64,000 nt of DNA from the human T2T-CHM13v2.0 reference genome, Homo sapiens: NCBI RefSeq assembly GCF_009914755.1, contig NC_060927.1; one strand, written 5' to 3'. The notes below the pieces were generated by a model. It had not been told where the DNA came from, ran no database searches, and worked only from the letters and a program-made list of their open reading frames with translations. The stretch's first letter is position 1; each line of letters opens with the position of its first letter. Position numbers and translations under genes: made by a program. Below are positions 62,960-64,000 of this stretch, in pieces.

Positions 62960-63165
62960 ACAGTTTTAGAGCCAGATATTACCTGGGTTCCAATTGAAGT
63001 CTTACTTCTTACCGGCTGCTGACCTGAGGCAAGTTGTCTAACTCCTTGAGCCTTAGTTTTCTTATCTGGACAATGAGAATAATCACTACCCCACAGAGTT
63101 GTTGGCAGATAAAAATCATATATGTGAAGAATATGACACATAGTAGGTATTTATAAATGCTAGTT
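62960..63165 (+). mobile_element. MIR
   Basis: acctgggttc...gacctgaggcaagtt...gagccttagttttcttatctg...cacatagtagg. Confidence 0.7.
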
Positions 63166-63166
63166 G

Positions 63167-64000
63167 TTTTTTTTTCAGTATTCAGTTTCCTTTAATGACC
63201 CCCATCTCCCTGAAGGGCAGGTGCAGGCAGGTAGGCAATGGCAAGAGTTGCTCATTTGATGATTTTGCCCTGACTGAAGGCTTGGCCCACATGCTAGAAG
63301 GCCCCCTCCCAGTAAAAGTACTCTCGAACCAGTGCCTGGGTCTCCTTGCTGCCAGGATCCAGTTTCCACTATGTATATGACTTGTAGTCTCACCTGCCAA
63401 TCTGGACTCAGCGAAAAGGGAAGCTCCTGGCCCTGGAAGACCCAGACTCAGAGCTGCTGTTGTTGGTTCCAAAGAAGACACTGACAAAAACATTCTTCCA
63501 CAGCTTGGCCAGTCACTAGAATATTCCAGTGATGAGATTGCAACTCATGAAGATCTGGGTGAGTTCTTCAAGGAAGTGATACTCTGAGAACCACAGGAAC
63601 CAGCTGTCCTTATTGAACTGCTCCCAAAAATATGGCAGCACCACAGAGAGTGTGTCCTCCTTAGAGTACCTGCACTGAAATTTATCCAACACAAAGGTAC
63701 TCTTGGATGGTAAGTGAAGGGGTCCTTGGCCTTGGGCTCAGCAGCCAGCACCTGCTCACATTCATCCATCTCCTCCTCAGAAGCAGGGGCAGCTGCCTTT
63801 TTACCCTCTTTCTGCTCAGCCTGGGGCTTCTGCTTCCCTTCCTGTGAACACTTCCTTTTCCATGGGGTGTCCTGTTTAGGGTGGCTCTCTGCAAACTTTT
63901 TAGCATCAAACTGGGCCATGTTCTCACACAGACTCACTTCCCCACAAACAACCTGGAATTGGGGCTGGTTAATGCAGGTGAGGAACCAGCGGTTGGTATT
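63167..64000 (-). pseudogene. EEF1GP3: Processed pseudogene of translation elongation factor 1 gamma (3' part; continues beyond window)
   Basis: [19 protein letters not shown]...[21 protein letters not shown]; intronless and frameshifted; stop at 63252-63254, ATTAAA at 63191-63196, A tail 63167-63175. The paralog number is from memory. Confidence 0.95.

Overview
Primate (almost certainly human) genomic DNA. The window opens with the last 46 codons and stop of a + strand gene that I recognise from memory as the non-zinc-finger C-terminus of the KRAB-ZNF gene ZNF621 (chr3p22), followed by its probable long 3' UTR. The rest is repeat-dense non-coding sequence: about 35 Alu/FLAM copies, a near full-length Tigger1, many L1/L2/MIR/MaLR fragments, a 17.9-kb LTR8 (HUERS-P1/MER4-group) provirus on the - strand with a complete 5.8-kb HERV-H/LTR7 provirus nested inside it on the + strand, and processed pseudogenes of RPL5 and EEF1G. 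Nearly all ORF-track entries are repeat-derived or chance ORFs. I find no evidence for a new gene system. The most unusual signals are two apparent L1-mediated trans-retropositions (an ancient L1MC 3' end inside a younger provirus, and a polyadenylated U5-less MER4 LTR), the nested proviruses, and candidate CTCF/enhancer elements at 47.6-52.3 kb. Repeat subfamily names come from recalled consensus sequences, not from a search.
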